Source: a virus (Duplodnaviria; Caudoviricetes). From it: 47,539 nucleotides of DNA. The translations under genes were made by a program, and so were the position numbers. The notes beneath the pieces are model-generated. The model worked only from the letters and a program-made list of their open reading frames with translations. It was not told the DNA's origin and searched no databases. This document shows positions 8,620 to 18,194 of this stretch, piece by piece. Numbering within the stretch: position 1 is the stretch's first letter; each line of letters begins with the position of its first letter. The DNA lies in the IMG/VR virus record IMGVR_UViG_3300003860_000008, positions 1 through 47,539 of that record. The stretch is one strand, 5' to 3'.

Positions 8620-9638
8620 ATTTCTAATTTCATTTCCCCACATTCATAATATTCTGCACAATGATCCCAAGAATCATTATCATTATGATATTTAAATCTT
8701 TTAATAGCAGAAACAATACCTTCTAATTTTTTACCACTTGATAAAGTACCACCTAATGCTCCTAATTTCAATATTTCATGAGTTGTTGTATAAACCATTG
8801 GTGAATTTTTACATTCTTTTTCTATCACAAGAAATTTAAAATAGTCAACAGTATATCCTTCTGATATTAATTTTTTAATTACAGGATATTCTCTGATTCC
8901 TTTATCGTAAAAAGCAGCTTGAAAGTCATAACGATATTTGAAAAAACTTGTAGAAAATTCAGAAATATGACCAGACATAGTTTTAATATCAACTGGGTAT
9001 ATTTTCTTTTTCGAATGATTTATTGTAACAATATCCAATTCCCCTTTGAAATCTACACCTTGAAAAGTAAACTCAATGATAGGTTTTTTAATGATTTCTA
9101 CATCTTTTGTTTTAACAAGATATTGTTTTGTATAAGGATCTGATTTAAGAGCAGCACAAGCAATTAAAGCTTTACTATATTCTTCTTCAGATATTATTAA
9201 TTTATTAGCAGATTCTTGAAGTATTTTAAAATAATCAGAACCAGCTTCTATAATTTTCTGAAATCTAGTTTCTTCTTTATATGTCGGTTGATAGTTAAAT
9301 CTAGCAGCTGCTTCTAAAACAGCACCTTTATGATCTCCTAATTCTCCAGAATCTCTATATTCATTAAATACAATACTAACTATATCAATTATTGTATCTG
9401 AAGGCATTTTTATATTTTTCATAATGTAAAAAGTATCTTCAAATTCACTATCTTCAGTTAACATAAAATCAACTATTTTACCAAAAAGAAAATGAGGTTT
9501 TATTTTTTCAATAATTCCATTTTCTTTATCAATTAATTGTTGTTTAAATCTTTTCTCTGTTTCGATAAAAGATTGAGGATGTTTCAAAATTTGTTTTAAC
9601 AAAGATTGATTTAATTTTTCTAATTTATGATATTCCAT
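8616..9638 (-). CDS. PD-(D/E)XK exonuclease (RecE/DUF3799-like)
   Basis: KGELD...VDIKT...YRYDFQAAFY...FLVIEK. Confidence 0.85.
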   Translation of the reverse strand: MEYHKLEKLNQSLLKQILKHPQSFIETEKRFKQQLIDKENGIIEKIKPHFLFGKIVDFMLTEDSEFEDTFYIMKNIKMPSDTIIDIVSIVFNEYRDSGELGDHKGAVLEAAARFNYQPTYKEETRFQKIIEAGSDYFKILQESANKLIISEEEYSKALIACAALKSDPYTKQYLVKTKDVEIIKKPIIEFTFQGVDFKGELDIVTINHSKKKIYPVDIKTMSGHISEFSTSFFKYRYDFQAAFYDKGIREYPVIKKLISEGYTVDYFKFLVIEKECKNSPMVYTTTHEILKLGALGGTLSSGKKLEGIVSAIKRFKYHNDNDSWDHCAEYYECGEMKLEI

Positions 9639-9640
9639 AT

Positions 9641-10168
9641 TTATAGATATTTATTTATTATATTATTATTCTTTTCATAATTACAACGAGCTTGATAAGC
9701 TTCTAACTCAGTGTTAAATCTTCCTAAGTTTTTTAATATGGTATTTATTCTAATAATTGATTTCCAATTATTAGTTGATTTATCCCAAGAAACACCAGTA
9801 TATTGAGAACTGGTTTTACGATTATAGGAACTATGACACTGATTTTCTCGATTATCAACCCATTCAAGATTGAGATTGTGATTATTTAACTTGTTACCAT
9901 CTTTATGATTAATTTGTGGTAAATTAAAAGGATTAGGGATATATTGACCTACTAAACGATGTATTTTATAGTGTTTACATATATTATTAACTGATAATGA
10001 TATACCAAAATATTGCTCACCTTTATATCCTGATAACCCAGGTTTTAGTATTTTTTCTTTACCAAATTTAAAACTTTTCACTCTACCATAACTACTAATA
10101 TCGTAATCATCCCAACCTTTAACTGGTTTCCATATTTCTAGAAATGGACCATATTGTATTTCTTCCAT
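9641..10168 (-). CDS. NUMOD4-HNH-AP2 homing endonuclease, copy 2
   Basis: Close paralog of copy 1 (YGPFLEIWKPVK, YDISSYGRVKSFK, QYIPNPFNLP, INKYL). ATG at 10168. Confidence 0.92.
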   Translation of the reverse strand: MEEIQYGPFLEIWKPVKGWDDYDISSYGRVKSFKFGKEKILKPGLSGYKGEQYFGISLSVNNICKHYKIHRLVGQYIPNPFNLPQINHKDGNKLNNHNLNLEWVDNRENQCHSSYNRKTSSQYTGVSWDKSTNNWKSIIRINTILKNLGRFNTELEAYQARCNYEKNNNIINKYL

Positions 10169-10258
10169 AAACAAAAAATGCTACCAGCGTTCGAGGTTGA
10201 GGACTCTACTAACTGATAGCAATTATTATAATTTCGTAAATGTGACCTCAACTTCACA
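10169..10258 (-). ncRNA. Structured kissing-loop leader RNA, copy 2
   Basis: TGTGA-AGTTGAGG-TCACA and GCTATCAGT...GAG-TCCTCAAC-CTC...GCTGGTAGC; compensatory changes relative to copy 1. Confidence 0.8.
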
Positions 10259-10261
10259 ATA

Positions 10262-10269
10262 CAAAGATA
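10262..10269 (-). promoter_or_regulatory. Bacteroidota sigma-A -7 element
   Basis: TATCTTTG upstream of leader copy 2. Confidence 0.75.
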
Positions 10270-10280
10270 TGAAAATAAAA

Positions 10281-10811
10281 TTATAATTTTATTAATTTAG
10301 AGAAGAATTTACTAAATCTACCTTGTTGCTGTATTATTTTATATACTAATTTTCGATCATCTAAATGATCAACTTCTACAAACTCATAACTTCCACCAAC
10401 AATATGTTTTACATTATCATCAGGTAAAATACCAGCATGTACTATAGCATCTGTTAAACATTTATCCCACAGCATTGATAAATTCCCAATATCCCAATTA
10501 GGTTCGTAATCATCAGTTGGTTTTTTCCAAGAGATTTCTCTTATTCTAAGTTCTTTATTCATTTTAGATTTTACATTTCCAAAGTTTATCGGAGCGTGTA
10601 TCTCTAAATGAATCTTAACTGGTCCAGATATTTTTAAATCTGGAGGGATGTGTTGTTCAGCAAAACTATGCATTACAGATATAAATCTATTTCTCATAGT
10701 ATAATGAGGACTAGCATATATTGTATTGAATGATATTTTTTGCCATTTTAATCTACTTGTTGCAACGTGAGTTGGGAAAAGTGGAAATTCTATTATTATT
10801 TCGTTATTCAT
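10281..10811 (-). CDS. rusA: RusA-like Holliday junction resolvase
   Basis: WDIGNL...KCLTDAIVHAGILPDDNV matches the RusA DxxN...K...D...DD pattern. Confidence 0.7.
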   Translation of the reverse strand: MNNEIIIEFPLFPTHVATSRLKWQKISFNTIYASPHYTMRNRFISVMHSFAEQHIPPDLKISGPVKIHLEIHAPINFGNVKSKMNKELRIREISWKKPTDDYEPNWDIGNLSMLWDKCLTDAIVHAGILPDDNVKHIVGGSYEFVEVDHLDDRKLVYKIIQQQGRFSKFFSKLIKL

Positions 10812-11057
10812 TTATTCATTTCGTTCAGTTGTTAAGAATGGACTTTCCATATCTTTTAATATATTATTGTCCATTTCATAATTAGACACACCATGATATT
10901 CAGCAACATTTAAAAACCATTCTTGATCTTCATATAAAGATTTTCCTTTATGAAATAAATCAATTGCAGTTTTCTTGTTTTCAAATATTCCTTTAATAAC
11001 CATTGATGAAATACTTCTGTGACTATCACATTCATAAACTATATTCAAAGCTCTCAT
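10812..11057 (-). CDS. Hypothetical protein
   Basis: ORF in operon. Confidence 0.6.
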   Translation of the reverse strand: MRALNIVYECDSHRSISSMVIKGIFENKKTAIDLFHKGKSLYEDQEWFLNVAEYHGVSNYEMDNNILKDMESPFLTTERNE

Positions 11058-11392
11058 ATTTCTTTTTCATTAAATCCATTTAATAATTCATCTAGTGATA
11101 TGTAACCAACTCCTATAAAAGATAAACCTGTTAAATCATGATTATAATTATACCGTAATCTAATTTTTACTTTACCTTTTGGATCAAGTTTAAAATTTTG
11201 AAAACCTTTAAAACCTAAAATACTATTTTTCAGAATTACAGTGATTTGCCAAAAAGCTATTCTATCTTCTGCTGTCATTTTAGATTTATCAAATCCATCA
11301 TATCCTTTATTTTGATAAGTTAATATTGGATATTTTTTTTGAATTTTTGTAAGAGTATCGAAATCTTCTTGTGATATTAAGTCTATTCTCAT
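11054..11392 (-). CDS. Hypothetical protein
   Basis: ORF with 4-nt overlaps. Confidence 0.65.
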   Translation of the reverse strand: MRIDLISQEDFDTLTKIQKKYPILTYQNKGYDGFDKSKMTAEDRIAFWQITVILKNSILGFKGFQNFKLDPKGKVKIRLRYNYNHDLTGLSFIGVGYISLDELLNGFNEKEI

Positions 11393-11601
11393 AGTTTTTT
11401 TATTTTTAAATCATTAAATAATAATTGATTTTTAATACAATTTGATTCACCATGATACCAGATTTTACAATCATTAAACGAAAATACTTTAATTTTATAA
11501 GTTGTGGTATTGTAAATTCTATTCAACATTATATCAGGGAAAAATTCATAATGAATGATGCTTCCTTTTGGTATATCTTCAAGATGTATTTTCTTTTCCA
11601 T
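11389..11601 (-). CDS. Hypothetical protein
   Basis: ORF in operon. Confidence 0.55.
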   Translation of the reverse strand: MEKKIHLEDIPKGSIIHYEFFPDIMLNRIYNTTTYKIKVFSFNDCKIWYHGESNCIKNQLLFNDLKIKKL

Positions 11602-11603
11602 AG

Positions 11604-13316
11604 TTATTTAATTATTTTAGTTATACCTCTTGATTTACCAGTTGTAATATTATGTATTTCAATAGAATATTTACCTATTCCAACTTGACTTCTATAAACT
11701 AACATTTGTACAATTTCACTCATAGTTGTAAAACCAGAATCTTTAATTGTATTTAATGATTCATTTGATCCATGATTTAAAATATAAGCAAGGATTATAT
11801 CAGTCTTAGAAATAGTGAAAACATCCTCTTTTTCTTTGATTACAGGAGGTTTAGTACTATTGTATTCACTTACTATGACAAGTTTCTTTCGAGGTCTTGA
11901 AACAGCTACATACAAAGCTTGATTTTTAGCTAATATAGTACCACCATTTGTTGATCCTAGGATATTATCTTCGAATACATAAGTGTTGATATAAGTGCTA
12001 CCTTGAGCTTTTGTAGAGGTTATTGCATAAGCATATTGAAGATTTGCAAATTGATTTTGTAAAGCATAAGCTAGAGGAATAGAATATTTCCATAATTTTG
12101 CTAAATCTTCTTCATACTGTTTTTTACTTGATTCTGCTACAACTGGTATTCGAGAATAAAATTCTCCAGTTTCATCAATTAAATCTAAATAAACAAGATC
12201 ATAAAAAGTAGGTTCTCCAGCTTCAGAATTATCTTCAGCTAATGCTTGAAATACAGTTGATACTTCTTTCTTTTTAGGTTTAATATCATCTAAGAATACA
12301 GATTTACCAGATTTAAAACAATAAGCACTTGCTTCAATTCTAACATTTTTACGATGTTCAATTTTGTCTACTGTGAAATCTTCAGAATTATTAAATATTA
12401 TTTCTTTACCATTTCCTAATGAATCATAAGATGTAAGCATTTCACCAATAACAAATTGTTCAGATGATCTTTCTCCCCAAATCTTTTTTCTAATTTTCTG
12501 ATTAAGATTCTTTACAGATTGAGAACTATTATGTTTCTCATTGTTGAAAGTTACTGCTTTTACATAATTTACATTACCATTTGCTTTTCTGAAATCTTTA
12601 ACAAATTCATCTAATGCTACATCTTCACTACTTTCAAATAGAACAGAAGAATCACTTTCTTCATCGTACTGATTAATTCTATTTTCTATTGGAATACATC
12701 TCAACAATGGTGAAGGTAGTTTCTGATTTTCAGCAACTAATGTTCCAATATTAATAATAGGACTTGTTACTGCTTGTCTCATCTTTTCAGTCAAAGTGTA
12801 TTGATTTGGTAATGAAAATATAGAACTGATTCGTTCTTGACCTATTGGTGGCAACTGACTTACATCTCCAATGAAAATGATCTTAGCATGAGGTTTTTTA
12901 AATAATTTAAATTCAGCAATCATTGCATCTGAAAGCATAGAGCACTCATCTACAATAACTAAATTCATTTTATTGATTGGAATAATATTCTTTGCTCTTT
13001 TGTTAATATCTGGGGAAAATTCACCAGTTTGTTCGTTTAATTTAATTGATAAGGCTGATGCAATTGTCATTACATGGTCTTCACCAATTGATTTACCTAA
13101 TACTTTCTTTGCCTTGTGAGAGACTGTTATACCACCCCATTTTGAATTTGGATAGTCTTCTAACACTTTCTTAATTAGAGTCGTTTTTCCTGTACCTCCA
13201 GCACCATTTAAAAGGAATACTTTTTCATCAGATCTAAGAAAAGAAAATATTAAGTCCAACGCTTTTTCTTGACCTTCGTTCGCATAGATGTCAGGAAATA
13301 ATTCATATTTATTCAT
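11604..13316 (-). CDS. SF1B helicase (Dda/RecD-like)
   Basis: GAGGTGKT, VDECSM, IGDVSQLPP, YAITSTKAQGSTY, LYVAVSRP. Confidence 0.92.
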   Translation of the reverse strand: MNKYELFPDIYANEGQEKALDLIFSFLRSDEKVFLLNGAGGTGKTTLIKKVLEDYPNSKWGGITVSHKAKKVLGKSIGEDHVMTIASALSIKLNEQTGEFSPDINKRAKNIIPINKMNLVIVDECSMLSDAMIAEFKLFKKPHAKIIFIGDVSQLPPIGQERISSIFSLPNQYTLTEKMRQAVTSPIINIGTLVAENQKLPSPLLRCIPIENRINQYDEESDSSVLFESSEDVALDEFVKDFRKANGNVNYVKAVTFNNEKHNSSQSVKNLNQKIRKKIWGERSSEQFVIGEMLTSYDSLGNGKEIIFNNSEDFTVDKIEHRKNVRIEASAYCFKSGKSVFLDDIKPKKKEVSTVFQALAEDNSEAGEPTFYDLVYLDLIDETGEFYSRIPVVAESSKKQYEEDLAKLWKYSIPLAYALQNQFANLQYAYAITSTKAQGSTYINTYVFEDNILGSTNGGTILAKNQALYVAVSRPRKKLVIVSEYNSTKPPVIKEKEDVFTISKTDIILAYILNHGSNESLNTIKDSGFTTMSEIVQMLVYRSQVGIGKYSIEIHNITTGKSRGITKIIK

Positions 13317-14326
13317 AATATTTTGTTTAATTGTTCATTGAAAATACTACCTGCAGTTTCAACACCACCGTACTTAACAAGATCACTATAATCAGTAACA
13401 TTTGGAAGTTGAGGTATAAAGAAGTGAGGAATATCATATTTTTCTGAAAATACTTTAGACAGTTCTATACCTGCTTTATCATTATCAAATAAACAAACAA
13501 CTTTATCAAATCTTGTTTTATACTCATCCATTACAGATTCCTTCATAGTTACTGACTCTGATTGTAAACCAATAGAAAATATACCTTGAGTGTCGTACAT
13601 ACTCATTACATCTTTTAAAGATTTGGTGATTATTAATAATTCACCTGTTGGTGGTAACTGTGTATATCCTTGATGAACTGTGTAGTTTGCATTATTAATC
13701 CATTTAAACTTTTTATTTGGACTTTCTGGTTGATAAATTTTATACGATAATTGAGCATCTTTCCATTCTTCATAAGCATAAGCTAGTGGTTCAGCTTTTA
13801 CAGCATTTCCATTATAGAATATAAATTTAATTGGTGATACACGAAAACGTTCTAATGTTGATTTTCTAATGGCAAACTGTGACCAAAAATCTTGATCGTG
13901 CTTAAACCATTCTCTTTTATTAATACCAATATTTACAGATTTCTTTTCTTTTAATTTTTCAAAATGTTCAACATGATGTTTTACAGCATCAATATCAAAA
14001 TTAGAAAGTTTAAAATCGTATGCTATTTTAAATAAAGCATTCTCATAAGTTGTTTGAAATAATCTCATCACGAAAACGATACAATCTCCGCAATCTTTAG
14101 TTGCAAAATCGTAGTAAAGAAGTGTATATCTTTCAGTTTTATGATAATATAATGAGAAAGATGGTATTGTATCATCTCGAAACGGTGAGTTCATTAATGA
14201 TAAATTGGATATGTTTTCTCCTATATAAAAAGAATAAATATCTTCTTGACTTACTAATTTCAAAAGACCATCTTTTGTTATCCTCTCATCAAATAATATT
14301 GAATTTAAATTTATTTCATTATTCAT
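13313..14326 (-). CDS. dnaG: DNA primase (TOPRIM)
   Basis: N-terminal SPFRDD..PSF...DFAT...GD; ITKSLKDVM; LFDNDKAG. Confidence 0.85.
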   Translation of the reverse strand: MNNEINLNSILFDERITKDGLLKLVSQEDIYSFYIGENISNLSLMNSPFRDDTIPSFSLYYHKTERYTLLYYDFATKDCGDCIVFVMRLFQTTYENALFKIAYDFKLSNFDIDAVKHHVEHFEKLKEKKSVNIGINKREWFKHDQDFWSQFAIRKSTLERFRVSPIKFIFYNGNAVKAEPLAYAYEEWKDAQLSYKIYQPESPNKKFKWINNANYTVHQGYTQLPPTGELLIITKSLKDVMSMYDTQGIFSIGLQSESVTMKESVMDEYKTRFDKVVCLFDNDKAGIELSKVFSEKYDIPHFFIPQLPNVTDYSDLVKYGGVETAGSIFNEQLNKIL

Positions 14327-14564
14327 CTTTTAGTTTTAATTGATCTACTTGTTTCCAAAAATTTATAATTCCTTCATCTAATAATTCAGAACCATTAAAA
14401 TATAATTCATTGAACGATCTTCCAAAAGTAGCATCTGTTATATTTAAAAAACCTTTCCATCCTGTCATTAATGTAATGTTTCTTTTTTCACCAGGTATTG
14501 TAAATCTGAAAGATAATCCATCATCACTTTGGAAAACTTCTAATTTTGAATTATGTATCTTCAT
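14319..14564 (-). CDS. Hypothetical protein
   Basis: ORF in operon. Confidence 0.55.
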   Translation of the reverse strand: MKIHNSKLEVFQSDDGLSFRFTIPGEKRNITLMTGWKGFLNITDATFGRSFNELYFNGSELLDEGIINFWKQVDQLKLKDE

Positions 14565-14778
14565 TGTTCAATCTATCTTTTAAGTTAAATAAATCTTTAC
14601 TCCAATTACTCACACCTATAGGAGAAGTTCCAATAATCATTACTGGATTCTTTAATTTTACATTAAGTTTAGGTTTACAAGATTTCCAGAGTTTTAACAT
14701 TTCTTCGTAATATTCTTTCGAACAAGGAAATCTTACTCCTGATTCAAGATCTACCCATGAATATTGTTTTTCTTCCAT
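14551..14778 (-). CDS. Hypothetical protein
   Basis: ORF in operon. Confidence 0.55.
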   Translation of the reverse strand: MEEKQYSWVDLESGVRFPCSKEYYEEMLKLWKSCKPKLNVKLKNPVMIIGTSPIGVSNWSKDLFNLKDRLNNEDT

Positions 14779-14792
14779 AATTTAATTAGAAT

Positions 14793-14822
14793 AAAAAAGA
14801 GGATGTTTTCACACCCTCTTTT
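14793..14822 (-). terminator. Intrinsic terminator
   Basis: AAAAAAGAGG...CCTCTTTT hairpin with T-run after the SSB-like gene. Confidence 0.7.
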
Positions 14823-14843
14823 AATGATTAATTTAATGATTGA

Positions 14844-15458
14844 TTACCAACCATCACTAACTGGTTCACTTGCGGGAGCACCTGCATTAGTATTTCCTTG
14901 AGGTTGTTCATCTGGTGCAAGTCTACTCATTTGATCTAAATCTCCAGCGAATAACTTATCATTTGGAGCACTCATTATTTGCAGAAACGGCACCCACGAT
15001 CTTGGTTGTAAGAATTTCTTTGGAGCAGAAGTTGTTCCGTAATTAGTGAAAATTCTAAATTTAGCTCCTGGATTAGCAGTAACAGCACCATGAAGTGCTT
15101 TCATACAACCATCTAACATTTCATTTTGATTACTAAATGCTGGAAAAGAAAATGTAGGAGAAATTACAGCATGTAATAAGTGTTTCAATACTTTACCTTG
15201 TTTCTTCACTTGATCTTCAATTGTAGTCACTTTAGAACCATAAGTAAGTTCTTTGGTAACATAATACAATGCTGAATTGATCGTTGCTCCTGTGTTATCT
15301 GTATAGACAATTTTATAGTCAGGAGAACCTTCTTTATCAGTTGCTTTTTTCTTCATTAAAGAGATTGTTACATCTTCAGTAATACCAGCTAAACCACCGT
15401 TAAAAATTGCTTTTCCTTCTTTAGCATCAAAATCTTCACTGTTCAAATCAATATTCAT
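14844..15458 (-). CDS. Putative single-stranded DNA-binding protein
   Basis: Flexible tail ending in acidic residues plus an aromatic (VSDGW); position between primase and Sak4-like ATPase. Confidence 0.55.
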   Translation of the reverse strand: MNIDLNSEDFDAKEGKAIFNGGLAGITEDVTISLMKKKATDKEGSPDYKIVYTDNTGATINSALYYVTKELTYGSKVTTIEDQVKKQGKVLKHLLHAVISPTFSFPAFSNQNEMLDGCMKALHGAVTANPGAKFRIFTNYGTTSAPKKFLQPRSWVPFLQIMSAPNDKLFAGDLDQMSRLAPDEQPQGNTNAGAPASEPVSDGW

Positions 15459-15513
15459 AATTTTTGTTTTTAATTGTTATTTATTTTATTTAATTTTTAT
15501 TGTTTTTTGATAA

Positions 15514-16365
15514 TTACCAAACTTCTTCGTCTTCAACTATTGCTGTAGAAACATCACCGAATCCATCATCTTTACTTTCTGGAGCATTTACTACTGGAGA
15601 ATCAGAGAATCCATCATCTTCAGTATTATCAATTGCAAATTTTACTGCAGTTGGTTTAGGTTCAGCTTTAGTAACTGGTGATGCTTTTTTAACAACTGGT
15701 TTGATAATTGCTTTCTCAACTACTGGTTTAACTTCAACCATTCCAGCGTTACCCCAATCTTCATCTTCTTCTGCATCAAGATCAACAACTTCTTCATTTG
15801 CTGTTACTCCAGGAATTTCAGAAATGATTTCATCAACTTCTTCTTCTGGTGCAGCACATAATGTTAAATCTTCTTGTTGTCCAACTTCATCAACTGTAAT
15901 CACTTCTTCCAATAATTGATCTCCAGAAGAGTGATTAGAAGTAATTTTAGAAACTGTAAAATAAGATTGACCTTCTACTTGTTCTAAGTGTAAATGATTT
16001 TCTACTTGTGTATCTAATTCTTTCAATTTGATAATGAACTCAAAAGTCTTTTTATCAGAAAACGAATTATTACCAGCCAATAGAAATGAATTATTCGGAA
16101 TTATTTGACCTGCTAAAGGTGCTCCATCCTCATCTCTTTCTACTACACCAGCGTTGTTTACAAGTAACTCAGTACCTCTAAATCCAACTTGGATGTAAGA
16201 TTCTTTACCAATCAAATTAAGTGCTGAAATAGCAGCTTTATTGAAACTAAATTTTCTATTAGCACCATCTTTTAATAATGCTGACATTGTTAATACAGGA
16301 ACATTAAATTGTTCTTCTTTTCTTGTTCTACCTGCTGTCGGTAAACCCCAAATGATATTCTCCAT
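15514..16365 (-). CDS. Hypothetical protein with long acidic low-complexity C-terminal half
   Basis: E/D-rich tail, repeated DDGF, ends EDEEVW. Confidence 0.75.
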   Translation of the reverse strand: MENIIWGLPTAGRTRKEEQFNVPVLTMSALLKDGANRKFSFNKAAISALNLIGKESYIQVGFRGTELLVNNAGVVERDEDGAPLAGQIIPNNSFLLAGNNSFSDKKTFEFIIKLKELDTQVENHLHLEQVEGQSYFTVSKITSNHSSGDQLLEEVITVDEVGQQEDLTLCAAPEEEVDEIISEIPGVTANEEVVDLDAEEDEDWGNAGMVEVKPVVEKAIIKPVVKKASPVTKAEPKPTAVKFAIDNTEDDGFSDSPVVNAPESKDDGFGDVSTAIVEDEEVW

Positions 16366-16554
16366 TGTGTTTTTTATTTATTTATTTATTTATTTTTAAT
16401 TAATTCATTATATTCCTCAATCCATTTAATTGGTATTTTCATTTCTGCATTATGATACCTGATAATTGCTTTACGAATTTCCATAAGTCTTTTAGCATCA
16501 TGTAAATATTTAGGCATTAATCCAATTGGAGGTTTTTCTACTTTTTTAATATTA

Positions 16555-17229
16555 TCAAATTCCATAATATTCTCTGATTGCTGTACTTACAATTGTTAAA
16601 TCATTATCAATAACATCTGTATCAAACATTTCTAATGGTGTTTTACAAGTATCATTACCTGAACTTTTTGTTCTGAATACGTGTCTATTTGGTTCACCTT
16701 GTACTTTTAAAATTTCTGCATATAATACAACAGTACTAAAAGATTCTGGACCCATCTTCTCCAATTGTTTTCCCTGAACCGCTATTCTTTCAACAACATC
16801 TCCCATTTCTCCGACAATTGTTTCAGGATGAGCAAATACATATACTATAATATCATCTCTTAATTTTTCATTAATAGTATTTATTAAATCGTATATTTGT
16901 CCTGCAAATATTCCCCATTTATCAAAACCTTTAGTTGATCTAAATTCTGTACTCATGATATAGTCTGTCATAACGTGGCTAACAGTATCTAGTACAATAT
17001 TTTTAACTTCTGGTTTACCATTGACAATTGTTAATGTGTCATTGATTGTTTTAATATTTGATGTTTTACGATAATTTTTCTTTTCAGAATTATAATTTTC
17101 TGAAAATTTTCTAAAAGGTAATGCTTTTTGATCAGCATTTATAATCACTGTTTCATCAGGATTTAAATTCCTTAATGATGTAGATTTACCCATTCCACTT
17201 TTACCTACTATGAACACTAAAAGTCCCAT
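16555..17229 (-). CDS. AAA_24 / Sak4-like ssDNA-annealing ATPase
   Basis: GKSGMGKSTS, IVLDT, VFAH, KTPLEMF...IDNDL. Confidence 0.85.
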   Translation of the reverse strand: MGLLVFIVGKSGMGKSTSLRNLNPDETVIINADQKALPFRKFSENYNSEKKNYRKTSNIKTINDTLTIVNGKPEVKNIVLDTVSHVMTDYIMSTEFRSTKGFDKWGIFAGQIYDLINTINEKLRDDIIVYVFAHPETIVGEMGDVVERIAVQGKQLEKMGPESFSTVVLYAEILKVQGEPNRHVFRTKSSGNDTCKTPLEMFDTDVIDNDLTIVSTAIREYYGI

Positions 17230-17274
17230 ATTTTATTTGTTTATTTATTGATTACTAATTTATTTGAGGGGTAT

Positions 17275-17282
17275 CAAAGATA
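17275..17282 (-). promoter_or_regulatory. Bacteroidota sigma-A -7 element
   Basis: TATCTTTG in the intergenic gap upstream of the ATPase. Confidence 0.6.
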
Positions 17283-17303
17283 GTGATTTTTAATCATATA
17301 TCC

Positions 17304-17597
17304 TCATTTTCCGAAACTATTAATAGAATTATCTATCAACATTTCATTATCTTTATATAACTCAATAGTTGATTGATTACCATTATCTTCAGAGGACATT
17401 ACTTCTTCACAATCTAATCCTCCATCTATATCTAATGATGGAAATACTTCAGAATTATCGTTAATGAAATCAATTAAATTATTATGATCTAAATTCTTAC
17501 CTTTTATCAATTGTTCCATTACATCTAATCTGTCATCAGGAACAAATACTCTTTTCCATGATGTTGTTTTATAGTCTAAATATCCCATATTAATCAA
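17304..17597 (-). CDS. Hypothetical protein
   Basis: ORF. Confidence 0.65.
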   Translation of the reverse strand: MINMGYLDYKTTSWKRVFVPDDRLDVMEQLIKGKNLDHNNLIDFINDNSEVFPSLDIDGGLDCEEVMSSEDNGNQSTIELYKDNEMLIDNSINSFGK

Positions 17598-17880
17598 ATA
17601 TTTCTTCAGACCAACAATTATTTAATCGTTCGTTCAATCCCCTTTTTTCCATTTCAGATTTAGTCTTTTCTTGACATTCTTCAATAGATTCTCCATATAT
17701 GAATAATGAATCATCTATTCCATCTTTACTCCAGTGTATTTTAAATTTCATTTTATTACTTGTTTTTATAAAAGTTATACCATCTGATTGTCGTTCGAAA
17801 AAAGTATCAAAACCAGCTAATAATGATATTTTTCGTTGAACTTTGTTTAGATCATTTACAATATCTTGAAACATTTTCAT
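17590..17880 (-). CDS. Hypothetical protein
   Basis: ORF. Confidence 0.6.
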   Translation of the reverse strand: MKMFQDIVNDLNKVQRKISLLAGFDTFFERQSDGITFIKTSNKMKFKIHWSKDGIDDSLFIYGESIEECQEKTKSEMEKRGLNERLNNCWSEEIFD

Positions 17881-18194
17881 TTTCCTTCATTATTAATTGT
17901 TAAAATTTCTTCACGAACTTCCATTGCTTTAATTTTACGTTTGTTCCATAGTTCTCCACGCAACTCAGGATTATCTTCTTGAACTTTCCTAGAACATCTA
18001 CCAATAGAATCTAAATAGCTGATTTTACGTTCAGACATGTCTTTTAAGAAGTCTTTCACGTTTTTATTCATATCATATCCAGATTCTACCAGATAGTTGT
18101 AATACAGTCGCTCATTAGAATCTCGTAATGATGGATTTTCTACGAGCTTCTGTTTCACCCATTTTAGTTTGTCTTTAATCATCGAATCCGTCAT
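17877..18194 (-). CDS. Hypothetical phage protein
   Basis: P.LRDS..RL...SIGRCSRKVQEDNPELRG pattern. Confidence 0.7.
   Translation of the reverse strand: MTDSMIKDKLKWVKQKLVENPSLRDSNERLYYNYLVESGYDMNKNVKDFLKDMSERKISYLDSIGRCSRKVQEDNPELRGELWNKRKIKAMEVREEILTINNEGK

Noticed and set aside
15500-15919. 139-aa plus-strand Ser/Thr-rich ORF
   Set aside because: Antisense shadow of the acidic low-complexity gene
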